A program made the position numbers and the translations under genes. The notes under the pieces were generated by a model, which saw only the letters and a list, made by a program, of their open reading frames with translations, was not told where the DNA came from and did no database searches. A DNA stretch of 64,000 bases from NCBI GenBank assembly GCA_000934665.2, contig KZ537966.1:1-64000 (forward strand). The letters are read 5' to 3'. Each line of letters opens with the position of its first letter. Within the stretch, counting starts at the first letter, position 1. This DNA comes from Catajapyx aquilonaris. Taxonomy: Eukaryota. Of this stretch, positions 11,101 to 23,100 are shown in pieces.

Positions 11101-14100
11101 CCCTCCGAGGTTCAGGTCGCATGAGCTGATGCTCTCGCGTCTGGCAAAGGTGCAGTCTGCAAAAGTCACATGGACATAGTAACTCGGTTTGACACCACAG
11201 CATGGTCAGATTGTTACCAACCCGTCTCAGGGACAATGCACAAACGTATTTTGGACAGGACAACATGAGAAGAAAGCAAAGAAACGACAACACAGAGTAG
11301 AGAAAAGTGAGGAGACATAAGATGAAGAAGAAAGAAAAAAACGACTTGTTCAAAATAGTTGGGATGCACAAACCTGATATCAAGGCCTCCCTGCCTTCAT
11401 TCTCTTCGTCCGAAATGGCCTCAACATCAATTATGGGACTGGCACTCCGGGCACCTGAGCTGGTTTCACCTGAACCCGGTTTGATAAAGCAAAATAAAGT
11501 ACAACAAAGAACTTTCTTTTCTCTCTCTCTCTCTCTTTCTTTTCGAATAAGGAGGGTGGCTGAAGAAGGGGGACTTGAAGGTGTCTTGTATAGAAAAAAG
11601 TGCAAGCAAAAATTTGTGCACTAGATAACACAAATGAATCTAAATGTAGAGCATCATGAATGGGGGATGAAAAAAATAAATAATTAAATTTACAGAATAA
11701 CCTCACCTGCTTCCTTCAGGCCTCTCTCTTCTGACTTAAATGGCACTGAACCATGCCAAATACTACTAAATTGGGGGGCCACCTTTCTCTGAATTCAGGT
11801 TTAAAAAAAATCTAAAGTGGTAGTGAATGTACTTACACACGGCAAAGTCCATCTTGGAAGCACCAGTCTCGGAAACAATCTCAGCGTCGTCCAGGCAGAC
11901 GACTTCGCTCGGGTCAAACGTGGCGCACGGAGTGATGGAGGCCAGCGGAAGGGACATGCTTCGGTCCAACCTGGACAACTTCAGGACTTCCCTCCCGATG
12001 GCCTTCCTTGTCCTGCGCCCTTCAGTCTGCGTGAGGTTGATTCCACTGTCCACTGAAGATCGCTTTGTGAGCTTGGAATTACGAGTGTGGTGTCCGTCAG
12101 GAAGTGATGATGTCGATGATGAAGAGACGGCTGTGGCTGGTGTGGCTGAAGCTGAAGTAAGTGTTGGGCTTGGGGATGAACTGTACAGGCTGCGGGTGCT
12201 AGAGTTAGTGCTGCTGTTTCGAGACTCAGCTGGAATAGTGACTTCTAGCAGGGGTGGCTGGGGTGTGCTGGAGGTTGAGGAGGAGGCAGAGGAAGAAGAG
12301 GTCGAGGAGGAGGAAGTGGCAGCGGCAGTGGTGCTCCGGATCTTGTTCCTGGCCTCACTTGGCCGGAGGAAGTAGTCGTGGTACTTGAGCACCCGCTCTG
12401 AGTCCTGGCTTGCCTCCCTGGTGCGCTCCAGCTTGCATATCTCAGCGGATAAGTCGCGATGCCCATGCTGCCTGGCGCACTCAAGCGCAGTCTGACCCTT
12501 CGAATTCTTGATTTGGAGGGCGGTATGGTTCCACTGGTACAGAACAAGAGCCACTTCCTTATGGCCCTTGAAGCATGCCCACATCTGAAAAGACAGTATG
12601 CGTGACAATTCACTATTTCACTTAACTCACATCATCCCAACCTCCCAAGTTAAAAAATTGGCAACATTACCAGAGGTGTGTAACCGTAGTGGTCTTGAGA
12701 GAGAGCATCGACCTCTCCTTCTAGAAACAGGGATGGATTCTCGGCCCTCCAGTGCAGCAGTGCACACACAAGACGGCTGTATCCAAGAGCAGCAGCGAGG
12801 TGGAGCATCGTCATTCCCTTGTGACTGGTCGGGACAGGAGGAATGCAGGCGGAGGCAGGTCTAGTCTCCTCGGAATTCCTCCATGACCTGGCGGTCATCT
12901 CCTGGCACAGGGTCACCAGCCCATTCTCAAAGTTGCTTCCTGCGTCTCCCAGCCCATCTGACTTGCTCTGCAGCCTGCTCTCCATGGCCTCCAGCCGCTG
13001 GATTAGTGTGTACTTGAGCAGGTTGTCATTGCTTTCCTGCATGCGCGGCTCCTGCAACTGAGACTGCTCCTCCTTGGCAGGTTTTTTGTACTCAAAGATC
13101 ACAGCATTGGAGATCACATAGCCTTCACATGCCACTTGCAGGGTAGCTAATCCCACCTCGTGAGCTGCAACAATCGGGGGACATTTTGTAAAATGTATTA
13201 ATTAATTCCAAGCAGACCTGTGACTCACCTGGACAGTAACACCTAAGGACACCACTTTGTACTAGGGTTGTTGGCACAGGTACGCCATCGAAGAGAACTG
13301 TATATGGAGAAGTGGTGGAGTACCAAGGGCCTGTCACCAAAACTTTGACGCCCCCCTCTGGGTAGGCCCACTCAGGAGAGTAGTCGGTTATGTTGGCAGT
13401 CCCTTCCCGGTAGTCCATCCGGTTGGCCGGATGCTGGGCGGCAGATGAGACCTTTTCTGAGGGGTTGGCTTGGGTTGGTGGGGCGGTGGTGGTGGAGGTG
13501 GTGGTGGTGGTGGTTGGTGGGGGCTGGGTGGCGGAAGGAGGCCCGTGGTTGTTGGTGGAGTTGGCCTGCTGGGCGTTGTTTGGAGCCGAGTTGTGGTGGT
13601 GGTTGTGGGTCGGAGGGTGGTGGGAAGGGTGGTGGTGTTGGTGAGGGTGCGGGTGGTGATGCGAAGAAGGGTGGGATGGGTGGTGGTGCAGGTGGTGCGA
13701 GGAAGCCTGGTGTAGATTCGGGTCATATCCATCCAGCTCGGGGAAGTCGCTTAGCATGTCAAATGCATCCAGATTGACAAACACATCGTCATCACATGGA
13801 GACACATTGTCGATAAAGTCCATTGGGTTGAGTTCGCAGGCATCGCCAACCCCAACACCAAGGTCCACCCCAGGGCTCTTGGCAATCAGACGGGGAGTTC
13901 CGCAGAGAGGCATGTTGGCTGACAGTGTCTTCTGGATGTCCTCCTGGCTCAAGTCTAGTGTCTCGTTGAAGAAGGCCATCTCTGACTTGACCGCCACCAG
14001 CTCGTTGTATCCCTTGGCCTTGACACCACTACCACCGGTATCCATTGGTTTCGGGGTGGAATTCTTGGCCAGCTCAGCCAGTGTCGGTTCTCTCAAATGA

Positions 14101-17100
14101 GATAAGCCCACCTGGAAGGTCCCAGGCTCAAATGACACATTCCCATTGGTGACATCCAGCTTCAGGTTGTCAATCAAAGTCTGCTGGCATGGGGATGTCT
14201 CCATGGACTCTTGCTTTATCACGTGCTTGTCAAGTGCATTGGCATTCAGAGTCACTCCCTGAGCTTGCTGGCTGCACACAAATGATGCAACTGTGACTGG
14301 TGTTAGAGGTGCGGTGGTTCCCACAGCGCTTCCTGTGGCGCTGTTGAGGATAAGGAGACCACCTCCGCCTTGTATCTGCGAGAGGCTTAGCACCAATGGG
14401 GTGGCAGGTGAGGACATGCTGCCACTCCCACTGCTACCACTGTTTGAGTGGCCCATAGAGGAAGTGGATGAGCCGGTGGTGCTGTCGGCTGGGGAAGGAA
14501 GGGCAGGGATGCATTGTGGGGAAGCGGCTAGAAGCATGTTGCTGGAGCAGGTGGTGGAGGAGACCTGGTTGTTGTTCTCATTGGCAGTCATGTTGACCAG
14601 GGTGGTTGTGGAGCGGGAGGTGGCTACCGGGGGGCTGGGAGTGGAGTCAGTCTTGGCGGCAGAGATGCGCCGGATGGGGTGGGCGCAGGACTTGCTGTCT
14701 GCGCACGTGGAATCAGGGCACCCACACTCCAGCTGTTTAGTCAGGGCTGCTTGCCGTGCCTGTCGCTGTTTCTCCATCAGCTGGGTCACTATGGCTTCCA
14801 CTGTTTCTGCCGTCTGGAAGCAAAATGGCATGTACAGTTTTGTTGCACTGCAGTTGAGAAAGGTCATCGAATCATCGTGTTGCAAATGAATTCCAATCAC
14901 AATGATTGCACCCTATAAAATGGGTGCTTTGCAGTTTGAACTCTCTTGAGACAGAGTATATTATTTCGTTTGGAGGCAGGTGATTGGCATTCATTTGCGA
15001 AAATGTCTTTTAAGCATTTAACAACTAAAAGCTCAATTACCGATATTTCCAACTCGTTGTTGAGGTCAGGTTCATCCTCACTGAAGACTGGGGGGGAAAA
15101 TATCATGTTAATAAGCAGGCAGATCACAATAATCAGCTTTCGACTGGTTTCACCAACAGCGCTTGAACTCTTGACAGTGCTTAGACCTATTGCTTAAGTA
15201 ATGTTCAAACATTGTTGGTACAACCATATCTTACTTGTTAGTACAGTGCAGTGCAATATGCTACAAAGCTGTTTGGATCATGTAATTATTTAGAATACAC
15301 AGATATGCAATCATTTTATCAATCACTAATTTAATTTCTGTTAAATGTTCACAACAATTTTGTCCTTTGTTGAAATTGCCTTTTCTCTCCCAAAATATAA
15401 GCCTGTTTCAGATAATTTGAGAGCCCAACAAAAGTAGAGCATGCTACACTATTTGGAAAACCAATTTGAACATATTTAAATCATGCATGCGCATTGCAAT
15501 ATTAATAAGCTGTTAACGGATTTAGCTTCTCTGGATGTAACATTTCCCAGTGCTGGCAGTGACAGCACAAAAGTCTATATCTACAGCAACTCCAGGCATA
15601 ACAAATAGGTTATTAAAGCACCCCAAGCTTGACAATGGACACTGCACATCTGGCCTCTTTTAATATTTAAAATGCTATAGTATTTTTACATGAACTGCAT
15701 GAAAGTCGCCTCAGACGCAATAGTCAGCCCACCCCCCACCTTCCAAAAATGACCCCCTCTGCAACCGTGAGCCCATTACAATATCAAAGGGAATGGCGAT
15801 TACGTTACAAAACTGCATGGCACACAACCGCATTACAACGGGGCTCCAAAGCTCTCTGTTTTTCCCATCCCATCTCCATGCTTTGAGGTCTCCCTACTAT
15901 TGTGTGCATATACACAAGTGCAAAATGCAAGACTAACACATGGGCTTCAGTTGTGATATCAACTCCTCTTTAGTCCACTCCTTCTTGTCGCCCCACAAGG
16001 AAATGCTGGAGGTGATGACCAGCTTGTTGTCATCCGGGTAGGGCACGTTCAGGTAGTGGACCAGCACGATGTCCGGATTCTGCAGGAGCCAATAGCATCT
16101 CCGGTGGAAGGTGGGCAGGATGGCAGAATGCACGTAGCAGCCATAGATGCACTGTAATTTCCAATGAGGAAAAAAAAATTAGCATGCGATCCTTCCCCCA
16201 ATAGGCAATAAAACAACTCCTGCAAAAGGCAAGTGCACAAAGTACTGATAAACGAGCTCGCATTTCCCGTGGGAATGTGGGCCAAGTGAGAGCAACCCCA
16301 TGGTACGCTTGTTCGGTGGAAGTTCATTTATGGCCTCAGGGCAGCAGCCGCAACATGGTATAGAACAGGGGCAGAGTAGTAATGAAAAACAAATGGTGAA
16401 ATTTACTTGGTTAATAGGCAAAGTTACATGAGGAAAGAAGCTCACAGACCCCCTCAGGCAAACTCCGATTCATTCCCTCGCAACAGCAATTCACCCCAAC
16501 TTTTTTTTTTTCTTCAGTCTTCTCCATTCTCTTTAACCACCATCTTCCTTCAACTCTTCTTTCTTATCCCTCCCCTTTTTTTGGGAGGTTTCAAGGCAGC
16601 GGTGAAAATTAGTCCCACTAACACAGTGGAAAACCCACTTCCAGATCCATTCAATCAGTGTTAAAGGAGAAGTGGACTGGTTCGGACTTTGCTTCCCAAC
16701 CAAGAGTGCTTTATCGAGAAAGTTTTGGAGGGGAAGGGCGGGAACCACACTTCTTATCTCGTGCATAAATTATTCCGCCAACCGCGAAACTTCATCTATC
16801 TACTGCAAGAAAATTTCTAGCCAAGGTTCGCTAATTCAAACTGCTTCCTTAGGAGAATCCTCTAGAAATCCCCATGCAAACACGCACACAAAAAAGCAGC
16901 GCATATACCTTTTTAAAAAATGTGAATGTCGAGAAAAGATTCATCATTCCAAAAGATGAATTCGGACAATCAATAAAAAGAGATAACCCAGTTTTCTGTA
17001 TTCCATACTTTGCTTCGCCCTGAATGTTGCCGCCCATTCCACATTCAGTTCGCAAAACCTCCTTTCCCTCCAGATCTCCTAATCTCGCCCCCAACCCAAA

Positions 17101-20100
17101 GAAATATGGGCCTACTTGCGGAGCTTGAATCCGCCAGACTACTCCGTCCCCAAACTCCTCTTTATTTCCTTTTCCAAGACTACCCCAGTTTTCCACTCTC
17201 CAAAGAGAAGGAGAATCCTGGACTCCTTACAGGTAATTTTGCACCTCCTGTTTTTTTTTTTTTTGGTGTATGTGAAAACGGGCCATATCTGGCTTTCCAA
17301 CATTCTGCTGAAGAGACAGAATACCAACAAGGTTTCATGGAAATAAATATTCTGTTTAAAAAAAATTGGAGCTGGAAAAGTACTGGGGTATAGGGGGAGA
17401 GGGGCTTAAATCGATGCCCACTCCTCGCCCTTTGACGTCATTCGTGTTTTGTGCCAGTCATCTTCCGCCACTCTAAGAAATAATTTTCAACAGGGCGTCA
17501 TTTATCTTCCAAAGCAGCAGCCGAGACAGCCTTAAAGCGGACGGGACGATGCTGCATGTTGGCAGCTCCAAATTGAACATCAACTCCATAGGGAAGTTTC
17601 CGCCCCTGATCCATTTACAAAACTTCTCGTGTATTGGAAACTTGTATACACATGTTTGGAGCGCAGACTCTTTTTAGAGCTCAAATCCGAGATGAAGCGT
17701 AGTTTTTTTTCCCCTAGTTGCGTTTATAGTGAGAAAAGTGTTCAGCCATCTGAAGCTTAAATGATGGATTATGAAAATGCTGGAATTACTTATGATGATA
17801 ACCTGGTTCTAGAGTAAGGACGACAAAAAACCGACCTTGCTAGAGTGCTAATGAATGTATAGTGACAGGACATGTTTGTGCTGCGAAACATTTATACATA
17901 CTGTACGGTTCACGTCCCACTGGAGCCTGTAAACAACCCAAATACTGCATTACCCCAGAGTACACCTACGCGACTACAGTACAGTGTTGATAAAATGTAT
18001 CACAACAGACACCTCGCAACATTGTGCTACACTGTACATCAACTCTAATGATCAACATGATGCAAAAAGACGATCCCCTTACAGTGTTCCTTCAAAACTT
18101 TTGTTTAGACCGAAGCAATGGCCTTCCAACCCTGAACTGTACCATTTCCCACGGTCCTCGAAACCCCTGCAGAATATGCATCCATGTTGGGCTTCCCGCA
18201 GCACAAGTTGCATGTTCTCCAGGATGACTATATAAGCATGGTGCCCCTGCCCGGTTTTGCAACTTTGCAAACTCCCGCTAATTACGTCCCTGTGTAATTT
18301 ACAACTGAGCAACCACTCGGATTTGAATGAGCCCGGGAGAGTCTATTCTAGCCCTGTAGAAGAGAGGGCCATTAGAAGAGGGGGGGAAGGTTTGGTGGAG
18401 AAAAGGAGGACACACAAACAGCGAGGCGAGAGATCCATTGGCACTTTAGGCCGTGTACACAAACCGCCTTGAGAAGGATTGATCGCAAACTCTCAGAGAA
18501 ACACACCCACAGATCCCCACCATGTTCCGACACCTAGACAGAGAAGGATACGACCCCCCGGTTGTAAGCAGCTTGGACAAATTAATTCGGTGGGGCACAA
18601 AAGACTTTGCCCCGGGGCCAACCTGCTCTTAATTGGATATCCAAACTACACTTGGTCCCATCTGTGACATTCTACGACCTTCGCCGCCGCTCCGACTATA
18701 ACCGACACTGGATGCATGTCTGCCCTTAATTGGGCTGCCTTCTGTACCTCCCACAACACGTCAAAATTTGGGTGCCTCTCTTCCATTAGCCTCTATACCT
18801 GGGGGTCATTAGTACCTGATGGACACGTCTCCCACACTAGTCCGGCCGTAATCAATGCCCGGCACCGCCCGCCGTGTACCCTGTCCGTTTCGCACAAAAT
18901 CAGCGGGCTTTAATTAGAAAACGGTACGGTCAAGGTTTTTGAGAGTCCTACCAAAAGAATCCGCGGAATCAATCCCCTTTTTTTCTTCTTCTGCTATTAG
19001 CGAATTACTCCCCCCCTCAAACGGTGAGTGATTCCAAGACGAGCCCATTTTACAGTTGCAAGGACTTGCTGGCCATTAAAGGTTGGTGGGATCCATCCGT
19101 GCACGCCCGGCTGGCCTCGAGCCTTTCCTATACGTGCTGGAACAGTAGGGGTATGGTCCTTTAGACCTCGCAGAAACAAAGGATCAGACCCCCCCCNTCT
19201 AGATTAGCGTGAAATTCTGGCGAGGAAGGGGACCCCTCCTCCCCCAGAAAACTAAGCCTCCGGAAGCGCCGGACTTACGACGCTCTTTGGAAAAGAAGAG
19301 GCTCTTTCCCAGCAGGGAGGGTGGTGCTGGCACAAAAACCTTTCTTTGGGTCGATTTTTTTTTTTTTTGTACAGTTGGCCCAGATGATCATCAACGTTAA
19401 GATGGCCCAGAAAAAAAAAGTCGGCCCCCCAATTACATTCCATTCCTAAACGAGTGACACGAAAACGCACTTTTAAACCGCACGCCTTTCGGCGAACGAT
19501 GTCGCGTGCATGACAATTAAATTGTCTCCGGATATAAATGTCGTCGCGTCGTGTGGCAAAACATGGCGGTCGAATACTCCCAAAAGACTTGACAAACGCA
19601 TTTGGGATAATGAGATTTTTTGGGGGAGCCGAATTTTAGGGATACGTGTCGGCGATACACGCACGCAGAGTAGGTGTTGCTGGAAAGTTGGGGACACAAG
19701 CCACTGGATATAGCATGCCCTAATTCAGCGTGAAAAAGAACACGAAGCAAGCACTTACAAATGTCCGAAACATTAAGTGTAAAATGAGCAAATCATATAG
19801 ACCAAAAATTTGGCATATTCAGCGGTTTTCCATCCAATAAATTAGCAATTTTCAATATATTGACGCGAGTTAATGCAAAAAAAAGTGTACATTGTCACAT
19901 TCTCCAATAATGCCATGCGACGCAAATGAAAATATGTCACGTGCCTGATATATGAACACAAAATTCATTGCGTACCCTAGGCAAGAACCTCGTTATACTA
20001 TTCCCACAAAAAAATCCTACAGTAACAATTTTTTCTCTTCCAGTCACGTCTCGACACCATTAGTGAGAATACCAATGCTCCTTGCTCCTAGTCACGGCAG

Positions 20101-23100
20101 CAACAAAGATAATCCGCTTTTGCCACCGCGACGTCGGAAAAGACGCACACCAAATCGATCAAATCCGCGTGTCGCAAGTTGTAAGGCTTACACAAATACT
20201 TTGAAGCACTTCCGTGATACAACTTTTCCACATGCGAAGGTGAGAATCGAACCAACTCTTAACATGAAGAGTTATATCCGACAAGTTGGAGACCACGGAT
20301 CCTACTTTACTAGCGAACCCGTCGCCAAAATAAGTGTGACAGTGGCAATCAAACAACTTTAATGAGATGTCCCGCCCATTTAACACGTAGTACTATTCTT
20401 CGTGCATACTTCCTCTACACACTTCTGCCACCCTCTAGCGATACTATCATGTTGGACAAACATCCAAGCCTATTAAGAGAAAGACACGGCTTCCCCAAAA
20501 ATGGTATGTCCTGCACACAGTACAATTTGTGACATCTACTTTCAATTCCACCTCATGTGTGGCATCGCTCTAGTTTCTTATAGGAGCCTTGAACGTCACA
20601 GCCCGGACATGTCTCCTGATTGCATCGCAACATTGGCATTCAACTCGAAACAGTGAATCCAGCAAATCTCAGCGCTCCAGTCGCTGTCACACCGAAACTG
20701 TATAGCTTCCCCCCCATTTTTTTTTGTCCCTCGACCAAGATTCCAGCAACCTGTCGGGTCTATCAGAAAATGACACCTCAGATCGATCCGGCACATAAAA
20801 AGAGACGAGGGGAGCGAAGGTTGTTCCGGAGCCAATACGGGAAGAGGCGGAGGGCCCTCCCATTGGCAATCTCCATCCCGGACACAATCAGGAGGAATTT
20901 CCACTTCATTTGTCATGTCTGCTCCTCACCCTCCATCCCCTTCAATGCAATCTCACAGCCCCCTGGCCTGCTGACTTGATCCCAGAGACCCAGAGGTTGG
21001 AATGACGGTGAGAATTGTGTGCACCACCCTCGAAGAAGAAGAAAAAAAAATATACGGATCTCCGGAAACAAGTGTAGGCCATGGCCTTCCTTTTACGGAG
21101 GAGAGCCCAGAAAATAATGAGACTCCTTTCATAGTGGGAGCTAAGAAAGCAATTGGATTTCATCTGCGCCCAACCCCAGCAAAATCATCTCCATTCAAAA
21201 CCGGGGGGCCCCCTTTTTGGAAACTCAAACTCGCGGAACTAAAGTTCCAATGTCGCCACCGGGGCTCTGCATATTCATCTCCATCACCGCTCTAACTGTT
21301 GCGCCCGCCCTCCTCTGAAAACTTCTCCCGGAATTGTCCGAGCTGAGAAGGAATTCCGGATGAAAAGCAGGTGACATCGTCCGCAATTAATCCAAACAAT
21401 TGGAAAATAAATGGTAGGGAATGAAGAAAATTCCACTTTAAAAAAATGAAAATTCCACTCTTTTCTTCATCATTTTTTTTGGTGGAGCTAAAAAGGTGGA
21501 TCGTTGCCTTTTCTCCCCCCTAGAGACTAGGCCGGATTGGGTGGGTTTTTGGAGAGAGATGTCGTGCAAGAAATTGGACATCGTATGAAGGGGGGAGAAA
21601 AAGTTGAAAAAAGAAAAGAAAAAGAGAAGGGCCACACGATATGGTTGTAGAAGTCTGAGAAGAAGGCGATAAAAAGGCATAGTGCCCTTCATCGATCCCG
21701 CCAGCCAGACAACGAGACTGTTCCTCGTCCTTTTTTTTTTTTAAGAAACGCAATAACTGACCCGGACTAATCCTGCAGCATCCGGCATCATTGCACAGAC
21801 TTAGGTTTCTCTTCGGCCACACCTGTCCGGACTAATTCCGGGTTGGTTCCCTTTCTCTCAAAGCTCCTGTCACGTAAATCCACTTTGGTCGTGACGTCAA
21901 CTGGAGACATCCAAACTCCCACACCCGGACACTCTCTGGCGACGAAACATTGTTTCATCCAGCCACATCCAATCAAGCCACGAATTTATTCAGGCAATCA
22001 GGTGTGACAATGTCACTGCACATAAACATGATCAAACCTTGGTTGAATTTTTTACACAAAAAAATACCCTGCTATTTGCATACGAAAACTACTAAAATCT
22101 ATCGTCGAATATCATGACCTAAGTTATGATACTCGAGGCTTTTGCTTTTCCTGCAGCTCGTGTAACTGCAGGGCAAGTCACAAAACTGTCACCGCGATTT
22201 GACAGGAAAGTAGAGGCCAGGCATAAAGCAATCCCAATAAATGACCTGTCACTGATAAAAAGTAACGCGTAGCCTTCATATACTGTATCACACAATCGAT
22301 GCAGCCACGACAAATGGGACCAAAAAAAAACACAACCAATTATTTCCAACCGCCCATGTTATAGCAACTACCAATATTAGAAGACACAGCAGCAAATGTT
22401 CTCAAGTTTCAAGACTCTCCGTAGTCTACAAGTGTGTATGCACAATCTGTCTGAATAAGTTTTGGCCACTTTATCCTGGTCTTGAAGCAACCCTTCGCAC
22501 ATGCCTCACGGTGAGCAGGTATGTGTGTGAATGGTTGCTTCAAGACCAGGATAACGTGGCCAAAACTTATTCTGACAGATTGTACTGTATACATACAACT
22601 ATGTATACAAACTTTCCCAAGAGATTGATGTTAAGACTTGATGTTTGTAACCGGCCGCATTCCCCTTAGAAGAGGCCATTCCAAGCTAGTACTAGGCCAC
22701 TGACATAATGATCAAGAAAACGGCAGCGTTGGCCATTTCTCAATTCCTTTTTCTCAGCACACTATTGGGCACTAACTTTGGACGTCCAAATGGGTTTGGA
22801 GGACAGAAAAAGGCCTCGCAGTTTTCACTAGGGCTAATGAGAGAAGACGGCCGTGGAGACAAACCAGATGCGTTTTACTGGCCTCCTTTTCTGAGGGGGG
22901 GAACGGCTAATAGGACTACGTAAGGAAGCCTGGGCTCTAATTAAGCATAAAATTACTCTTCTTGCCGAGGAGAAATGAGGAAGCGAATTACAGCAATCTA
23001 TATGAACAGTGCGATCGAAAAGGCTTATTAGCGCTCCCAGATCCAGCAAATTAACCGACGCCCAGGCAAATCTACACCTTCTTAGGGGCACACGATCAGA

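Noticed and set aside
11817..14918. Long plus-strand ORFs (e.g. 11827-12375, 13423-14100, 14293-14889)
   Set aside because: They are antisense shadows of the CAMTA exons, kept open by codon bias and triplet repeats. No independent protein features.
19473..19872. TTAA-bounded segment that may be a transposon remnant
   Set aside because: No convincing terminal inverted repeat match.
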